Source: Candidatus Kerfeldbacteria bacterium
GTDB lineage: Bacteria; Patescibacteriota; Patescibacteriia; UBA10025; JAHIVO01
Assembly (NCBI GenBank): GCA_047946875.1
Contig: CP181398.1
Coordinates: forward strand, 271,154-335,153
Direction of reading: 5' to 3'
DNA: 64,000 nt
Both the position numbers and the translations under genes were made by a program. This document shows positions 19,584 through 30,061 of this stretch, in pieces (the stretch's first letter is position 1; the number at the start of each line of letters is the position of its first letter). The notes beneath the pieces are model-generated. The model was not told the origin of the DNA, ran no database searches, and worked only from the letters and a program-made list of their open reading frames with translations.

Positions 19584-19874
19584 ATGGAGAGTATTGACGT
19601 TCTAGGTTATGTAGCAGGAATATTGGTGGTAATATCACTGTTGCCACAAACTATTAAAAGTTGGAAAACCAAGTCAACTCAAGATCTGTCATTGTGGAGA
19701 TATATAATATATGTTGTTGGTTTAATAATTTGGATTATCTATGCTATTAAAATAGATAATGGTCCGGTAGCTGTAATGAATGGACTAGGCTTAATACTAG
19801 CTATATCAATACTATATCTAAAATTAAAATACGGAATAAAAGATAAATATGAAGGTAAAAATCCAAATAATTAG
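19584..19874 (+). CDS. SemiSWEET/PQ-loop sugar transporter (start moved to internal ATG 19584)
   Basis: Three TM helices with LLPQTIKSW PQ motif, 96 aa. The track ORF start at 19545 lies inside the previous gene. Confidence 0.55.
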   Translation: MESIDVLGYVAGILVVISLLPQTIKSWKTKSTQDLSLWRYIIYVVGLIIWIIYAIKIDNGPVAVMNGLGLILAISILYLKLKYGIKDKYEGKNPNN

Positions 19875-20820
19875 GAAATTAATGGAGAGTAAGTTGGTAA
19901 AGATAGGTATTATCGCAAAAGAAGCGAAAATTATTGCTGATGAGTATTTACAGGGAGAGATAAAAGGGAAAGGCTCTCATGGTATTTTCCCGTTTATCAG
20001 TACATTCAAAAAATTACAAAGCAGAAAACGAGGTAAATTTAAGGTCACAAAAAATAGGCCAGCTTATGCTTATATTCAAGGCAATAAAGATGTTGGACAG
20101 ATTGTAGCAGATTATTCTATTAATGTGGCTATTAAAAAAGCAAAAAAGCAAGGTATTGCTATGGTGGGTGGTAGGAATATTCAGGCATTTTTGCGGCCTG
20201 CTACATACGCTGAGATAGCAGCAAAAAAAGGAATGATAGGGTTATGTTTTAATTTTGGTGGTGGACCATTGATGGCTCCAACAGGCGCTAGAGAAGCTAT
20301 ATTATCAACAAATCCTATAGGGATCGGAATTCCTTATAAGCCAAATCCATTTTTAATAGATATGGCTACTTCAAATAGAGCTTTTTATAATGTTAGGATG
20401 GCCAGGGAATTGGGAAAGAAAATTGATAAGAGTTGGGGGATTGATAAATTTGGCAAACCTACAACAGATCCAAATAAATTAGTTGCGGTACTACCGTTTG
20501 GAGGTTATAAAGGTTATATTTTAGCAGCTGCCTTGGAAATATTAACAGGACCATTAGTACGAAATAAGGTGGGTAAAAGTTCTAACAAATTACGTGGATT
20601 TTTATTTATAGTTATTAATCCTTTAGTCTTTACAACGAAGAAGGAATTTGAAAAGGATGTGAAAAAACTAATTAAAGATATAAAAACAGCAAAAAGAATT
20701 AAAGGAGTAAAAGAGGTTTTGATACCAGGTGAGCGATCCTTTAAAATAGAGAAGTTAAATTTAAAAAGAGGTTATTTAGAAATTGATAAACGAATTATTC
20801 AAACACTTGAAAATTTATGA
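19849..20820 (+). CDS. Ldh_2 family malate/L-sulfolactate dehydrogenase (ComC/Mdh-like)
   Basis: GKPTTDP, LPFGGYKGY and LIPGE motifs line up with the ComC family. Confidence 0.65.
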   Translation: MKVKIQIIRKLMESKLVKIGIIAKEAKIIADEYLQGEIKGKGSHGIFPFISTFKKLQSRKRGKFKVTKNRPAYAYIQGNKDVGQIVADYSINVAIKKAKKQGIAMVGGRNIQAFLRPATYAEIAAKKGMIGLCFNFGGGPLMAPTGAREAILSTNPIGIGIPYKPNPFLIDMATSNRAFYNVRMARELGKKIDKSWGIDKFGKPTTDPNKLVAVLPFGGYKGYILAAALEILTGPLVRNKVGKSSNKLRGFLFIVINPLVFTTKKEFEKDVKKLIKDIKTAKRIKGVKEVLIPGERSFKIEKLNLKRGYLEIDKRIIQTLENL

Positions 20821-22070
20821 AGGTAAAAATAAAACACATTACAAAAATTGAAGGACATGCTACTTTTTGGGGAGCACTTAAAAAAGGAGATATTGCTGAA
20901 GCTAAGTATCATACTTTGGAAGGAGCTAGGTTAATAGAAGGTGTGTTGATAGGACGTAATTATAATGATGCTCCGTTAATTACATCTAGGATTTGTGGTG
21001 TTTGTCCAGTAGTTCATAATTTAACATCGATCCAAGGTATTGAACGAGCAATGAAAGTAAAAGTTTCTGATAGTACTATCTTACTCAGAAAAATGATGAT
21101 GTATGGTCAGTTTATTCAAAGTCATTCTCTTCATGCATATTTCATGACTATTCCAGATTTCTATGGAAAAGATTCAGCCCTTGATTTATTAAAGGAAGCA
21201 CCAAAACAATCAGGTATGGCATTGAAAATTCGAGGATTTGGTAATTTATTGACTGAAGTCATTGGTGGACGAACTGTGCATCCAGTCAATTCACAAATTG
21301 GTGGATTTCTTAAACTTCCACCAAAAAGAAGAATGCAGGAACTAATGGATAGTTCTCAGGAGATTTTACAAGAAGCAGTTGAATTAGCCCATTTCATTTC
21401 ACATCTTAAGTTTATTGACTTTCATCGTAAGACCGAATATGTATCACTTTATAATAAAAAAGAATATGCGATTTATGATGGTGATGTAAGGTCAACTGAT
21501 GGTTTGGTTATTTCTCCTCAGAAATTTCATGATGAGGTAGATGAGATACAACAAAGTTGGGATTTAATTAAACGTACCAAATTTAAAGGTAGAATTTATT
21601 GGGCTGGGGCATTATCTAGGATTAATAATAACTGGCAACAATTAAATCCTATTGCTAAGCAGGCTTTTAAACATAATAAGTTTAAGATACCAATAGATAA
21701 TTCTTTTTATAATGTTCTAGCTCAAGCTATAGAAATAATTCACTGTATGGAAGAAACACAGAAGTTATTAAAGAAATATTTAGCTTTAAAAAATATTAAA
21801 CCAATTGTTAAATATAAAGTTAGAGCTGGTAAAGGGGTTGGCTGTATTGAAGCACCACGTGGGATTTTATTCCATTACTATGAAACTGATAAATATGGTT
21901 GTTTGAAGAATGTAAATATTATTACACCAACAGCTCAGTTTATGAATAATCTTGAAGCAGATTTAGCACAATATATCGGACAAAATAAAAAATTTGGTAA
22001 CAAAGAGTATCGTCAGTTAGCTATGATGATCAGAGCTTATGATCCTTGTATGACTTGCGCAACTCATTAA
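20817..22070 (+). CDS. [NiFe]-hydrogenase large (alpha) subunit
   Basis: N-terminal RICGVC and C-terminal DPCMTCATH Ni-binding motifs. Confidence 0.85.
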   Translation: MKVKIKHITKIEGHATFWGALKKGDIAEAKYHTLEGARLIEGVLIGRNYNDAPLITSRICGVCPVVHNLTSIQGIERAMKVKVSDSTILLRKMMMYGQFIQSHSLHAYFMTIPDFYGKDSALDLLKEAPKQSGMALKIRGFGNLLTEVIGGRTVHPVNSQIGGFLKLPPKRRMQELMDSSQEILQEAVELAHFISHLKFIDFHRKTEYVSLYNKKEYAIYDGDVRSTDGLVISPQKFHDEVDEIQQSWDLIKRTKFKGRIYWAGALSRINNNWQQLNPIAKQAFKHNKFKIPIDNSFYNVLAQAIEIIHCMEETQKLLKKYLALKNIKPIVKYKVRAGKGVGCIEAPRGILFHYYETDKYGCLKNVNIITPTAQFMNNLEADLAQYIGQNKKFGNKEYRQLAMMIRAYDPCMTCATH

Positions 22071-22079
22071 TATAGAATT

Positions 22080-22337
22080 ATGCATGATTTAGTCGCCGCT
22101 CAGGATACGGTTAAAGCCGCTTGTAAAATTGCGGAAAAAAATAAATTAAAGAAGATTACTAAGATAACAATAGAACTTGGTAAAATTATTGAACACAATG
22201 AAGAACTTCAGCCAGAAAACCTTCAATTCAATTTTGGGTTAGTTAAGAGAAATACTCTAGCTGATAAAGCTAAATTAGTAATCAAACAGGGGAAGGGTAG
22301 GGTATTGAATATATTGGAGGTTGAAGGGGATAAATAA
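22080..22337 (+). CDS. hypA: HypA-like nickel-insertion protein, minimal form lacking the Zn-finger
   Basis: MHDLVAAQ N-terminus (Ni-binding MHE-type), 85 aa, no CxxC pairs. Confidence 0.45.
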   Translation: MHDLVAAQDTVKAACKIAEKNKLKKITKITIELGKIIEHNEELQPENLQFNFGLVKRNTLADKAKLVIKQGKGRVLNILEVEGDK

Positions 22338-22430
22338 CAAACAAACAAGCATTTAATTTGTTAATAGTAGGTTTTAGTCTTGATTTTTTTATAAAAATGT
22401 GCTATAATTAAATCTCATAAAGAAATTATT

Positions 22431-23600
22431 ATGGATTTAAAAATAATTCAGGGAGTAGAGGTAGAAAATAAAAAAGTATTGATCAGATGTGGTTTTGATG
22501 TTCCATTTGATGACGATGGAGAGATAGTAAATGATGAAAGGATTAAAGAATGTATACCAAGTATTAAATACTTAGTCGAAAAAAAGGCTAAGGTTATTAT
22601 TTGCGCACATAATGGTAGGCCTAACGGTAAAATAATCCCAAAATTATCGATGGAAAAGGTGGGAATGAGACTAGAAAAATTATTAGGATTGCCGATAAAT
22701 AGAACAAGTGATTGTGTGGGGCTGGATGTACTAGAAGTAGTTAATGAATTAAAGTCAGGTGAAATATTATTACTAGAAAATCTAAGATTTCATATTGAAG
22801 AGAAAGATAATGATGAAGGTTTTGCTAAAGAACTTGCGGATTTAGCTGATATATATGTAAATGATGCATTTGCTAATTCACATAGAGAACATGCATCAAT
22901 GACTGGAGTGACTAAATTTTTACCTTCATATGCTGGATTTAGATTGCAAAAAGAAATCGAAGTATTGTCCGAAGTTTTAGATAATCCTGCACGTCCATTA
23001 GTAGCTGTTATTGGTGGAGTAAAAATTTCAGACAAAATCAAAGTAATCAAGAAATTTCTAAAAATAGCAGACCATGTATTGATTGGAGGAGCTCTTGCTA
23101 ATACAATATTGAAAGCAAAAGGTATCTCTATTGGTAAATCTATTGTTGAAGATGAGATGATAGATTATGCAAAAGAATTATTATTAACTGATACCAATTT
23201 TCATTTACCAGTAGATGTTGTCGTAGCAAGTATGATTGATAAGGATGCGGAAACAGAAATTAAAGCAGCAGGTAATGTAGATGAACACGAATATATTTTA
23301 GATATTGGACCAGATACAATAAAATTATATGAGGATATTTTGGAGAGTGCAAAGACTATTGTCTGGGGTGGCCCAATGGGATATTTTGAATTGAAGCCAT
23401 TTTCTGAAGGCACTATTAAAGTAGCTAAAGCTGTTAGTAATAGTAAAGCTATGAGTGTTGTAGGTGGTGGCGATACCATGGAAGCATTGGATATGGCTGG
23501 ATCAAGAACAAAAATAGATTTTATATCAACTGGTGGTGGAGCTATGCTGAAATTTTTAGAAAGCTCAACATTACCTGCTTTAAAAATATTATTAAAATAA
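22431..23600 (+). CDS. pgk: Phosphoglycerate kinase
   Basis: Full-length PGK similarity. Confidence 0.9.
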   Translation: MDLKIIQGVEVENKKVLIRCGFDVPFDDDGEIVNDERIKECIPSIKYLVEKKAKVIICAHNGRPNGKIIPKLSMEKVGMRLEKLLGLPINRTSDCVGLDVLEVVNELKSGEILLLENLRFHIEEKDNDEGFAKELADLADIYVNDAFANSHREHASMTGVTKFLPSYAGFRLQKEIEVLSEVLDNPARPLVAVIGGVKISDKIKVIKKFLKIADHVLIGGALANTILKAKGISIGKSIVEDEMIDYAKELLLTDTNFHLPVDVVVASMIDKDAETEIKAAGNVDEHEYILDIGPDTIKLYEDILESAKTIVWGGPMGYFELKPFSEGTIKVAKAVSNSKAMSVVGGGDTMEALDMAGSRTKIDFISTGGGAMLKFLESSTLPALKILLK

Positions 23601-23606
23601 CATAAT

Positions 23607-24875
23607 ATGTCAAACGCAATCAAAAGTATAAGAGCGAGAGAAATATTAGCTTCAAATGGCACACCCACTATAGAAGCTATAGTAGAATTAGATAATAAAG
23701 TTATTGGTAAAGCATCTGTACCATTTGGAATTTCAGCTGGTATCCATGAAGCTCAAACTTTATTAGATGAAGATGAGGAAAGATATAATGGAGGTGGTAT
23801 GTTAAAAGCAAGTAAAAATATTAATACAATTATCGCAGGTAAATTAGTAGGTATGGATGTCACAAAGCAACAGGAAATAGATAAGATGATGATTGAACTA
23901 GATGGAACAGATAATAAAGAAAGGTTAGGTGGTAATAGTATATTAGCTGTATCTTTGGCTTGTGCCAGAGCAGCAGCTAAGAATGAAAATTTAGAAGTGT
24001 TTGAATATATTAGAAAAGTATTTAATATAAAACATAAGAAATATGAATTACCAAAACCGATGATGGTAGTAATGGAAGGTGGTAAGCACGCTGATAACTC
24101 TACAGATTTTCAAGAATATTTATTTAGTGTATCTGGAGCTCCAAGTATTAGGGAAGCAGTACGATGGGGAGAGGAAGCATATCAAGCATTAAAAAAAGTT
24201 CTTAAAGAAAGAGGTTTTAATACAAATGTTGGGAATGAGGGAGCTTTTGCACCAGCAGGTATTGAGTCAAATGAAAAACCTCTTGAAATGATGGTAGAAG
24301 CAATAGAAAAGGCTGGTTATAAATCAGGTAAAGATATTATGATTTCTCTGGATCCTGCTACTTCTGAAGTTTATGATAATGATCAAAAGAAATATATTTT
24401 AAGTCAAGAAGGTACGGGTTTATCATCAGATCAAATGATAGGTTTATTTAATGATTGGATAAATAAATATCCTATTCTCTCTATAGAGGATGGATTAGCA
24501 GAAGATGACTGGGATGGGTGGCAAGCATTTTATAAAAATGCAGGTAACAAGATTAAAATAATTGGAGATGATTTAACGGTAACTAATAAAGAACGAGTTC
24601 AAAAAGCTATTGAATTAAAAGCAATTAATGCAGTACTAATAAAATTAAATCAAATCGGAACTTTGACAGAAACCGTAGAAACAATATTACTAGGTCAAGA
24701 ACATAATTTTTGGAACGTTGTCTCACATAGAGGTGGTGGAGAAACTAATGACACTTTCATGATTGATTTGGCTGTTGCTGTAAACGCAGAATATGTTAAA
24801 GTTGGACCTGCCCGTGGAGAACGAACTTCTAAGTATAATAGGTTAATGGAAATCGAAGAGCTAATCAATAAATAA
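23607..24875 (+). CDS. eno: Enolase
   Basis: Full-length enolase similarity (SHRGGETND-like SHRGGGETNDTF). Confidence 0.9.
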   Translation: MSNAIKSIRAREILASNGTPTIEAIVELDNKVIGKASVPFGISAGIHEAQTLLDEDEERYNGGGMLKASKNINTIIAGKLVGMDVTKQQEIDKMMIELDGTDNKERLGGNSILAVSLACARAAAKNENLEVFEYIRKVFNIKHKKYELPKPMMVVMEGGKHADNSTDFQEYLFSVSGAPSIREAVRWGEEAYQALKKVLKERGFNTNVGNEGAFAPAGIESNEKPLEMMVEAIEKAGYKSGKDIMISLDPATSEVYDNDQKKYILSQEGTGLSSDQMIGLFNDWINKYPILSIEDGLAEDDWDGWQAFYKNAGNKIKIIGDDLTVTNKERVQKAIELKAINAVLIKLNQIGTLTETVETILLGQEHNFWNVVSHRGGGETNDTFMIDLAVAVNAEYVKVGPARGERTSKYNRLMEIEELINK

Positions 24876-24878
24876 TTT

Positions 24879-26435
24879 ATGGTCAAGAATAAGAAGAGCC
24901 CTCTTGTTTTAGTCATCCTAGATGGTTGGGGTATAAATAAAGAAAAAAAGGGAAATGCTATAATTCTTGGGGCTACTCCGAACTTTGATAATTATTGGAA
25001 AAATTATCCTAAGTCACTATTGCAAGCCTCTGGAAAAAATGTAGGGCTACCTTCTACGCAAGTTGGTAACTCAGAAGCAGGTCATATGAATATTGGAGCA
25101 GGAAGAGTTATAGAACAGGATTCTGTAATTGTTTCTCAATCTATTAACGAAGGAACTTTTTTTCGTAATCCTGCATTTTTGTCAACGATTAATCACGCTA
25201 AGGCAAATAATTCTACCGTTCATTTAGTAGGTTTATTGACATCTGAACAGTCAGCACATGCAGATCCGGATCATATTATAGCTTTAATAACTTTATTAAG
25301 ATTAAAAAAAATAAAAAAGGTTACTTTACATTTATTTACAGATGGTAGAGATTCCTATCAGTATTTAGCTGTGAAGCTACTGGCAAGGATAAAAAAGATT
25401 TTTACTAATGGTGAGAAGATTGGCTCTATAATCGGTCGGTTTTATGCAATGGATAGAATCAAAGAATGGAGGAGAACAGAGAAAGCTTACGATACGTTGA
25501 CAATAAGCACAGGCCGAGAAGCAAGCAGTCCACAAGCCGCTGTCTTACAAGCATATAATAGAAAAGAAACTGACGAATATATTTCTCCAACCGTGATTAA
25601 AGAAAATGGCAAAAAGATAAAAAGAATCAGTAATAACGATGCGGTTATATTCTTTAATTTAAGATCAGATCGTGTTAGACAGTTAAGCAAAGCTTTTGTT
25701 CAAAAAGATTTTAAAGGTTTCGTAAGAAAAAAAATAGTTAAGAATCTTTCTTTCGTTACTTTGACTGATTTTGGGCCAGATTTACCGGGAGTTTTGTCTG
25801 CTTTTCCATCAAGGATACTGCCAAATACATTGCCTCATATTTTGAAAGATTTTAAGCAACTATATATTGCTGAAACAGAAAAATATGCACATATATCATA
25901 CTTTCTAAATGGTGGACATGACCATGCCGTGGCAGGAGAAGATCGCTTTATCATTAAATCTCCTCATGTAGTGTCGTATAAAGAAAAGCCTGAGATGAGT
26001 GCTGATAAAGTCACAAAACATATTCTTCAATCTATTAATAATGATAAATATGATTTTATATTAGTAAATTATGCAAATCCAGACATGGTTGGACATACAG
26101 GTGATTTGAAAGCCGGTATAAAAGCAGTTAAAAAAATCGATAAATGTATAGGTGATCTAAAGAAGGCAATAGATAAAAAAAATGGTACAATGATAATTAG
26201 TGCAGATCATGGCAATATTGAAGAGTTAATAGATGTTAGGACTGGACAAGTTGATACTTCTCATACTAATAATCCTGTCCCTTTTATTATTATTAATAAA
26301 GATATAAATAAAAAAACTAAAGTAAAAAATGGAGTACTAGCGGATATTGCACCAACTATATTACATATGATGAATATTAAAAAACCGAAAGAAATGAAAA
26401 ATAAAATTTTATGCGAATACCAAATAAACCAGTAA
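24879..26435 (+). CDS. gpmI: 2,3-bisphosphoglycerate-independent phosphoglycerate mutase, copy 1
   Basis: LVILDGWGI, GNSEAGH catalytic Ser context and ADHGN. Confidence 0.85.
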   Translation: MVKNKKSPLVLVILDGWGINKEKKGNAIILGATPNFDNYWKNYPKSLLQASGKNVGLPSTQVGNSEAGHMNIGAGRVIEQDSVIVSQSINEGTFFRNPAFLSTINHAKANNSTVHLVGLLTSEQSAHADPDHIIALITLLRLKKIKKVTLHLFTDGRDSYQYLAVKLLARIKKIFTNGEKIGSIIGRFYAMDRIKEWRRTEKAYDTLTISTGREASSPQAAVLQAYNRKETDEYISPTVIKENGKKIKRISNNDAVIFFNLRSDRVRQLSKAFVQKDFKGFVRKKIVKNLSFVTLTDFGPDLPGVLSAFPSRILPNTLPHILKDFKQLYIAETEKYAHISYFLNGGHDHAVAGEDRFIIKSPHVVSYKEKPEMSADKVTKHILQSINNDKYDFILVNYANPDMVGHTGDLKAGIKAVKKIDKCIGDLKKAIDKKNGTMIISADHGNIEELIDVRTGQVDTSHTNNPVPFIIINKDINKKTKVKNGVLADIAPTILHMMNIKKPKEMKNKILCEYQINQ

Positions 26436-28000
26436 TGTTAATAATATTGGATGGCTGGGGAATTGCTCCTAAAGCGCCAAGTAATCCTATTGGTACTGCT
26501 GAGACGCCAAATATTGATTCTCTTATAGATAATTATCCAACTTTAGCAGTACAAGCTTCTGGTGAAGCCGTAGGTTTGCCATGGGGTGAAATGGGAAACT
26601 CAGAGGTTGGGCATTTGAATTTGGGTGCTGGTCGTATTATGTATCAAAATTTACCAAGAATTTCAAAATCAATAGCTGAAAAGAGTTTTTATAAAAAAGA
26701 AGCATTTTTACATGCAGCAAAGCATGTGAAGAAAAATAAATCAGCAATACATCTTATGGGATTGGTGGGAGTTGGGAGTATTCATGCTTCAGTCGACCAT
26801 TTATATGGTTTAATGGAATTTTGTGCACAACAAAAAATTAGTAAAGTTTATTTACATTTATTTTTGGATGGAAGAGACTCTCCAAAAGATAGTGCTGCAG
26901 CAGTCGTTGGAAAAATTATTGATAAAATTGAAGAAATTAAAGTTGGTGAAATTGCTTCATTGACTGGGAGGTTTTTTGCTATGGATAGAGATAATAGATG
27001 GAAAAGAGAAGAGAAGACTTATAATTCTATAGTAAATGGAGATGCAGAATATTATGATGAGGATCCTATTTCTGCCATTAAGGCTTCATATAAACGCAAA
27101 GTATATGATGAAGAATTTGAGCCAACAATAATTGGCACAAAGGAAAAACCAGTTGGTTTAGTACAGGATAAAGACGCAGTAATATTTTTTAACTTTAGAC
27201 CAGATCGAGCTAGACAGCTTACTAGCGCTTTTACTTTGCCTGGGTTTGATAAGTTTGATCGGCCTGAATATATGAAAAATTTATTCTTTGCCACTATGAC
27301 ACAATATGACAAAGATTTGCCTGTAGAGATAGCTTTTCTTCCAGAAAATATTGAATATCCAATAGCTAGAGTTATTTCAGAATCAAAATTAAAACAATTA
27401 CATATTTCAGAAACTGAAAAGTATGCCCATGTAACATATTTTTTTAATGGTGGTCAAGAAAAACCTTTTACAGGACAAGAGAATGTTATAATTCCTTCTC
27501 CAGCAGTACCATCCTATGACAAACAGCCAGAGATGAGTGCCTCGAAATTAACTGATAGATTAATAAAAGAAATTAAATCAGAAAAATTTGATTTTATTGT
27601 CGCAAATTATGCAAATGCAGATATGGTTGGGCATACAGGTAATATCAAAGCAACTATTAAAGGTATAGAAGCTGTAGATGAATGTATCGGCAGAGTGACC
27701 AAAGAAGTGCTAGAAAAAGATGGACTCGTATTTATTACAGCTGATCATGGTAATGCAGAAGAGATGACAAACATGCAGACGGGAGCTATGGATAAAGAAC
27801 ATAGTGTTAATCCAGTACCAGTTATAGCTGTGGGAAATAAATGGAAGGGGAATACACCTTTTAAAGATATAATAGTAGATCATGATTTAAGTATGTTACA
27901 ACCAACGGGAATTTTGTCAGATATTCCAGTAACAATATTAATACATATGGGATTGAAACCGGCTGTTGGTATGACCGGTAATGATTTATTAGATTTTTAA
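26411..28000 (+). CDS. gpmI: 2,3-bisphosphoglycerate-independent phosphoglycerate mutase, diverged tandem paralog
   Basis: LIILDGWGI, GNSEVGH and ADHGN. About 35-40% identical to copy 1 by eye. Confidence 0.85.
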   Translation: MRIPNKPVMLIILDGWGIAPKAPSNPIGTAETPNIDSLIDNYPTLAVQASGEAVGLPWGEMGNSEVGHLNLGAGRIMYQNLPRISKSIAEKSFYKKEAFLHAAKHVKKNKSAIHLMGLVGVGSIHASVDHLYGLMEFCAQQKISKVYLHLFLDGRDSPKDSAAAVVGKIIDKIEEIKVGEIASLTGRFFAMDRDNRWKREEKTYNSIVNGDAEYYDEDPISAIKASYKRKVYDEEFEPTIIGTKEKPVGLVQDKDAVIFFNFRPDRARQLTSAFTLPGFDKFDRPEYMKNLFFATMTQYDKDLPVEIAFLPENIEYPIARVISESKLKQLHISETEKYAHVTYFFNGGQEKPFTGQENVIIPSPAVPSYDKQPEMSASKLTDRLIKEIKSEKFDFIVANYANADMVGHTGNIKATIKGIEAVDECIGRVTKEVLEKDGLVFITADHGNAEEMTNMQTGAMDKEHSVNPVPVIAVGNKWKGNTPFKDIIVDHDLSMLQPTGILSDIPVTILIHMGLKPAVGMTGNDLLDF

Positions 28001-28010
28001 ATATTTTAGT

Positions 28011-28583
28011 ATGAAAATACCTATAGAAATTTCGGCTAGACATCTACATTTATCAATGCATGATCTAGATATTTTATTTGGACCGAATTATTCATTGTCA
28101 AATTTTAAAGAAGTGTCACAGCCTGGTCAATTCGCAACTGAGGAAACAGTTAAACTTGTAGGACCAAAAGGACAAATTGAAAAAGTGAGGATTGTAGGAC
28201 CAATAAGAAAAGAAACACAAGTAGAGTTATCGATTACAGATTGTTTTAAATTAGGTACTGAACCAAAAATTGCTGTTTCTGGGGAGCTTGATAATTCTGC
28301 TGGAGGATTAAAAATTGTAGGTGTAGCTGGTGAAGTAAATTTAGAAAAGGGAGTTATAGTAGCTCAACGTCATTTACATATTTCACCAACGGAAGCTGCA
28401 AAAGCAGGATTAAAACATTTAGATACAATATCAGTAAAGATAAATGGTGTTAGAGATTTAATATTAAACAATATTGTTGTCAGATCTCGTGAAGGTATTG
28501 ATAAATTAGCTTTACATTTAGATACTGATGAGGCCAATGCTGCAGCTGCAAAGGATGGTCAACAAGGAGAATTAGTTAAGTAA
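28011..28583 (+). CDS. pduL: PduL/EutD-type phosphate acyltransferase
   Basis: Duplicated RHxH motifs (ARHLHLS, AQRHLHIS). Confidence 0.7.
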   Translation: MKIPIEISARHLHLSMHDLDILFGPNYSLSNFKEVSQPGQFATEETVKLVGPKGQIEKVRIVGPIRKETQVELSITDCFKLGTEPKIAVSGELDNSAGGLKIVGVAGEVNLEKGVIVAQRHLHISPTEAAKAGLKHLDTISVKINGVRDLILNNIVVRSREGIDKLALHLDTDEANAAAAKDGQQGELVK

Positions 28584-28586
28584 TAT

Positions 28587-28886
28587 ATGAAATTTATTTG
28601 GAAAGGTAATCTAACTCAAAATTTTAAAGTGTTCATCAATAGAGTAGGTTATTATCAACAAATGGATAGAAATAGTGGGCAAGTTAGTTATATAAGAAGA
28701 TTAGGGAGATTATTTTATCCTAGATTCCATTTATATATAGATCAAGAGGAAGGTAAAATTGTATTTAAATTACATTTGGATGAAAAAAAAGCATCTTATG
28801 AAGGTAGTAATAGGCATTCTGGACAATATGAAGGTGAGTTGGTAGAAAAAGAAATGTATAGAATCATATCAATAATAAATAGTTAA
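28587..28886 (+). CDS. Hypothetical 99-aa protein between pduL and ackA
   Basis: ORF only, tightly packed between two recognised genes. Confidence 0.35.
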   Translation: MKFIWKGNLTQNFKVFINRVGYYQQMDRNSGQVSYIRRLGRLFYPRFHLYIDQEEGKIVFKLHLDEKKASYEGSNRHSGQYEGELVEKEMYRIISIINS

Positions 28887-28887
28887 T

Positions 28888-30030
28888 ATGAATAAATATA
28901 TATTAGTATTTAATGCAGGTTCATCTACACTAAAGTTTGGTTTATTTCATATTGATAGTAAATTAGAATTAATTGGTAGTGGAAATTTTGAAAGGATTGG
29001 TTTATTAAATCCATTTTTAGAATTTAACGGTAAAAAAACAAAATATAGTAAAAGAATAAATTATTCTAAAGCATTGAAAATTATTGTAAATAAATTGGAC
29101 GTTGAAAAAAGCATGATAAAAGTTATTGGTCATAGAGTGGTCCATGGTGGTAATAAATTTTTTAAGCCTACATTGGTAACTAAAAAAGTATGGAAAGATA
29201 TTTCAAAATTTAATGATTTAGCTCCATTGCATAACCATGCAAATTTAGAAGTAATAAAGGCTTGTTATTATATATTCCCTAAAGTAAAAAATGTAGCTGT
29301 TTTTGATACTTCATTTTTTCAGAAACTGAAACCCGAGTATTATTTATATGCTATACCGTATGAATTGTTCAAAAATAATGGTATAAGGCGATATGGTTTT
29401 CATGGGATTTCACATCAATTAATCGCTAAGGAAGCAGCTAAGAAATTAAAAAAACCTTTAAATAAAATTAATTTGATAACAATTCATTTAGGTAGCGGAT
29501 GTTCTATAGTAGCAATTAAAAAAGGGGTAGCAATTAAAACATCATTAGGATTTACTCCTTTGGATGGGTTGGTAATGGGGACTAGGTCTGGAGATTTAGA
29601 TCCATCAATACCATTGTATTTACAAAAGAAATTAAATAAATCTGTAGCACAGGTTGAAGAAATTCTAAATAAAAAATCTGGTTTACTGGGTTTGTCTGGA
29701 TTTACTTCTGACATGAGGGAAATATTAAAAGCATCTGGTCATAAGGTAATAGACTACCATGGTAAAACTAAATTCACCCCAGAACAAAAAAGGAGGGCAA
29801 AAATAGCTCTCAATGTTTTTATCACCAGACTAAGAACATATATTACTCTCTATACGAGTTTTTTACATAAAGTTGAAGCAATCGTATTTACTGGAGGTAT
29901 AGGAGAACGAAGCCCTGTAATTAGAAAATTATCAACACAAAATATTAATTTTATAAGCAAACCAAAAATATTAACAATACCTTCTAATGAGGAGAAGGCT
30001 ATTGCTGAACAGGTCAAAAATATTGTATAA
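28888..30030 (+). CDS. ackA: Acetate kinase
   Basis: LVFNAGSSTLKF N-terminus and HLGSGCS. Confidence 0.9.
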   Translation: MNKYILVFNAGSSTLKFGLFHIDSKLELIGSGNFERIGLLNPFLEFNGKKTKYSKRINYSKALKIIVNKLDVEKSMIKVIGHRVVHGGNKFFKPTLVTKKVWKDISKFNDLAPLHNHANLEVIKACYYIFPKVKNVAVFDTSFFQKLKPEYYLYAIPYELFKNNGIRRYGFHGISHQLIAKEAAKKLKKPLNKINLITIHLGSGCSIVAIKKGVAIKTSLGFTPLDGLVMGTRSGDLDPSIPLYLQKKLNKSVAQVEEILNKKSGLLGLSGFTSDMREILKASGHKVIDYHGKTKFTPEQKRRAKIALNVFITRLRTYITLYTSFLHKVEAIVFTGGIGERSPVIRKLSTQNINFISKPKILTIPSNEEKAIAEQVKNIV

Positions 30031-30061
30031 TAACAAAGTATAAAAAATAAAATAAAGCATT

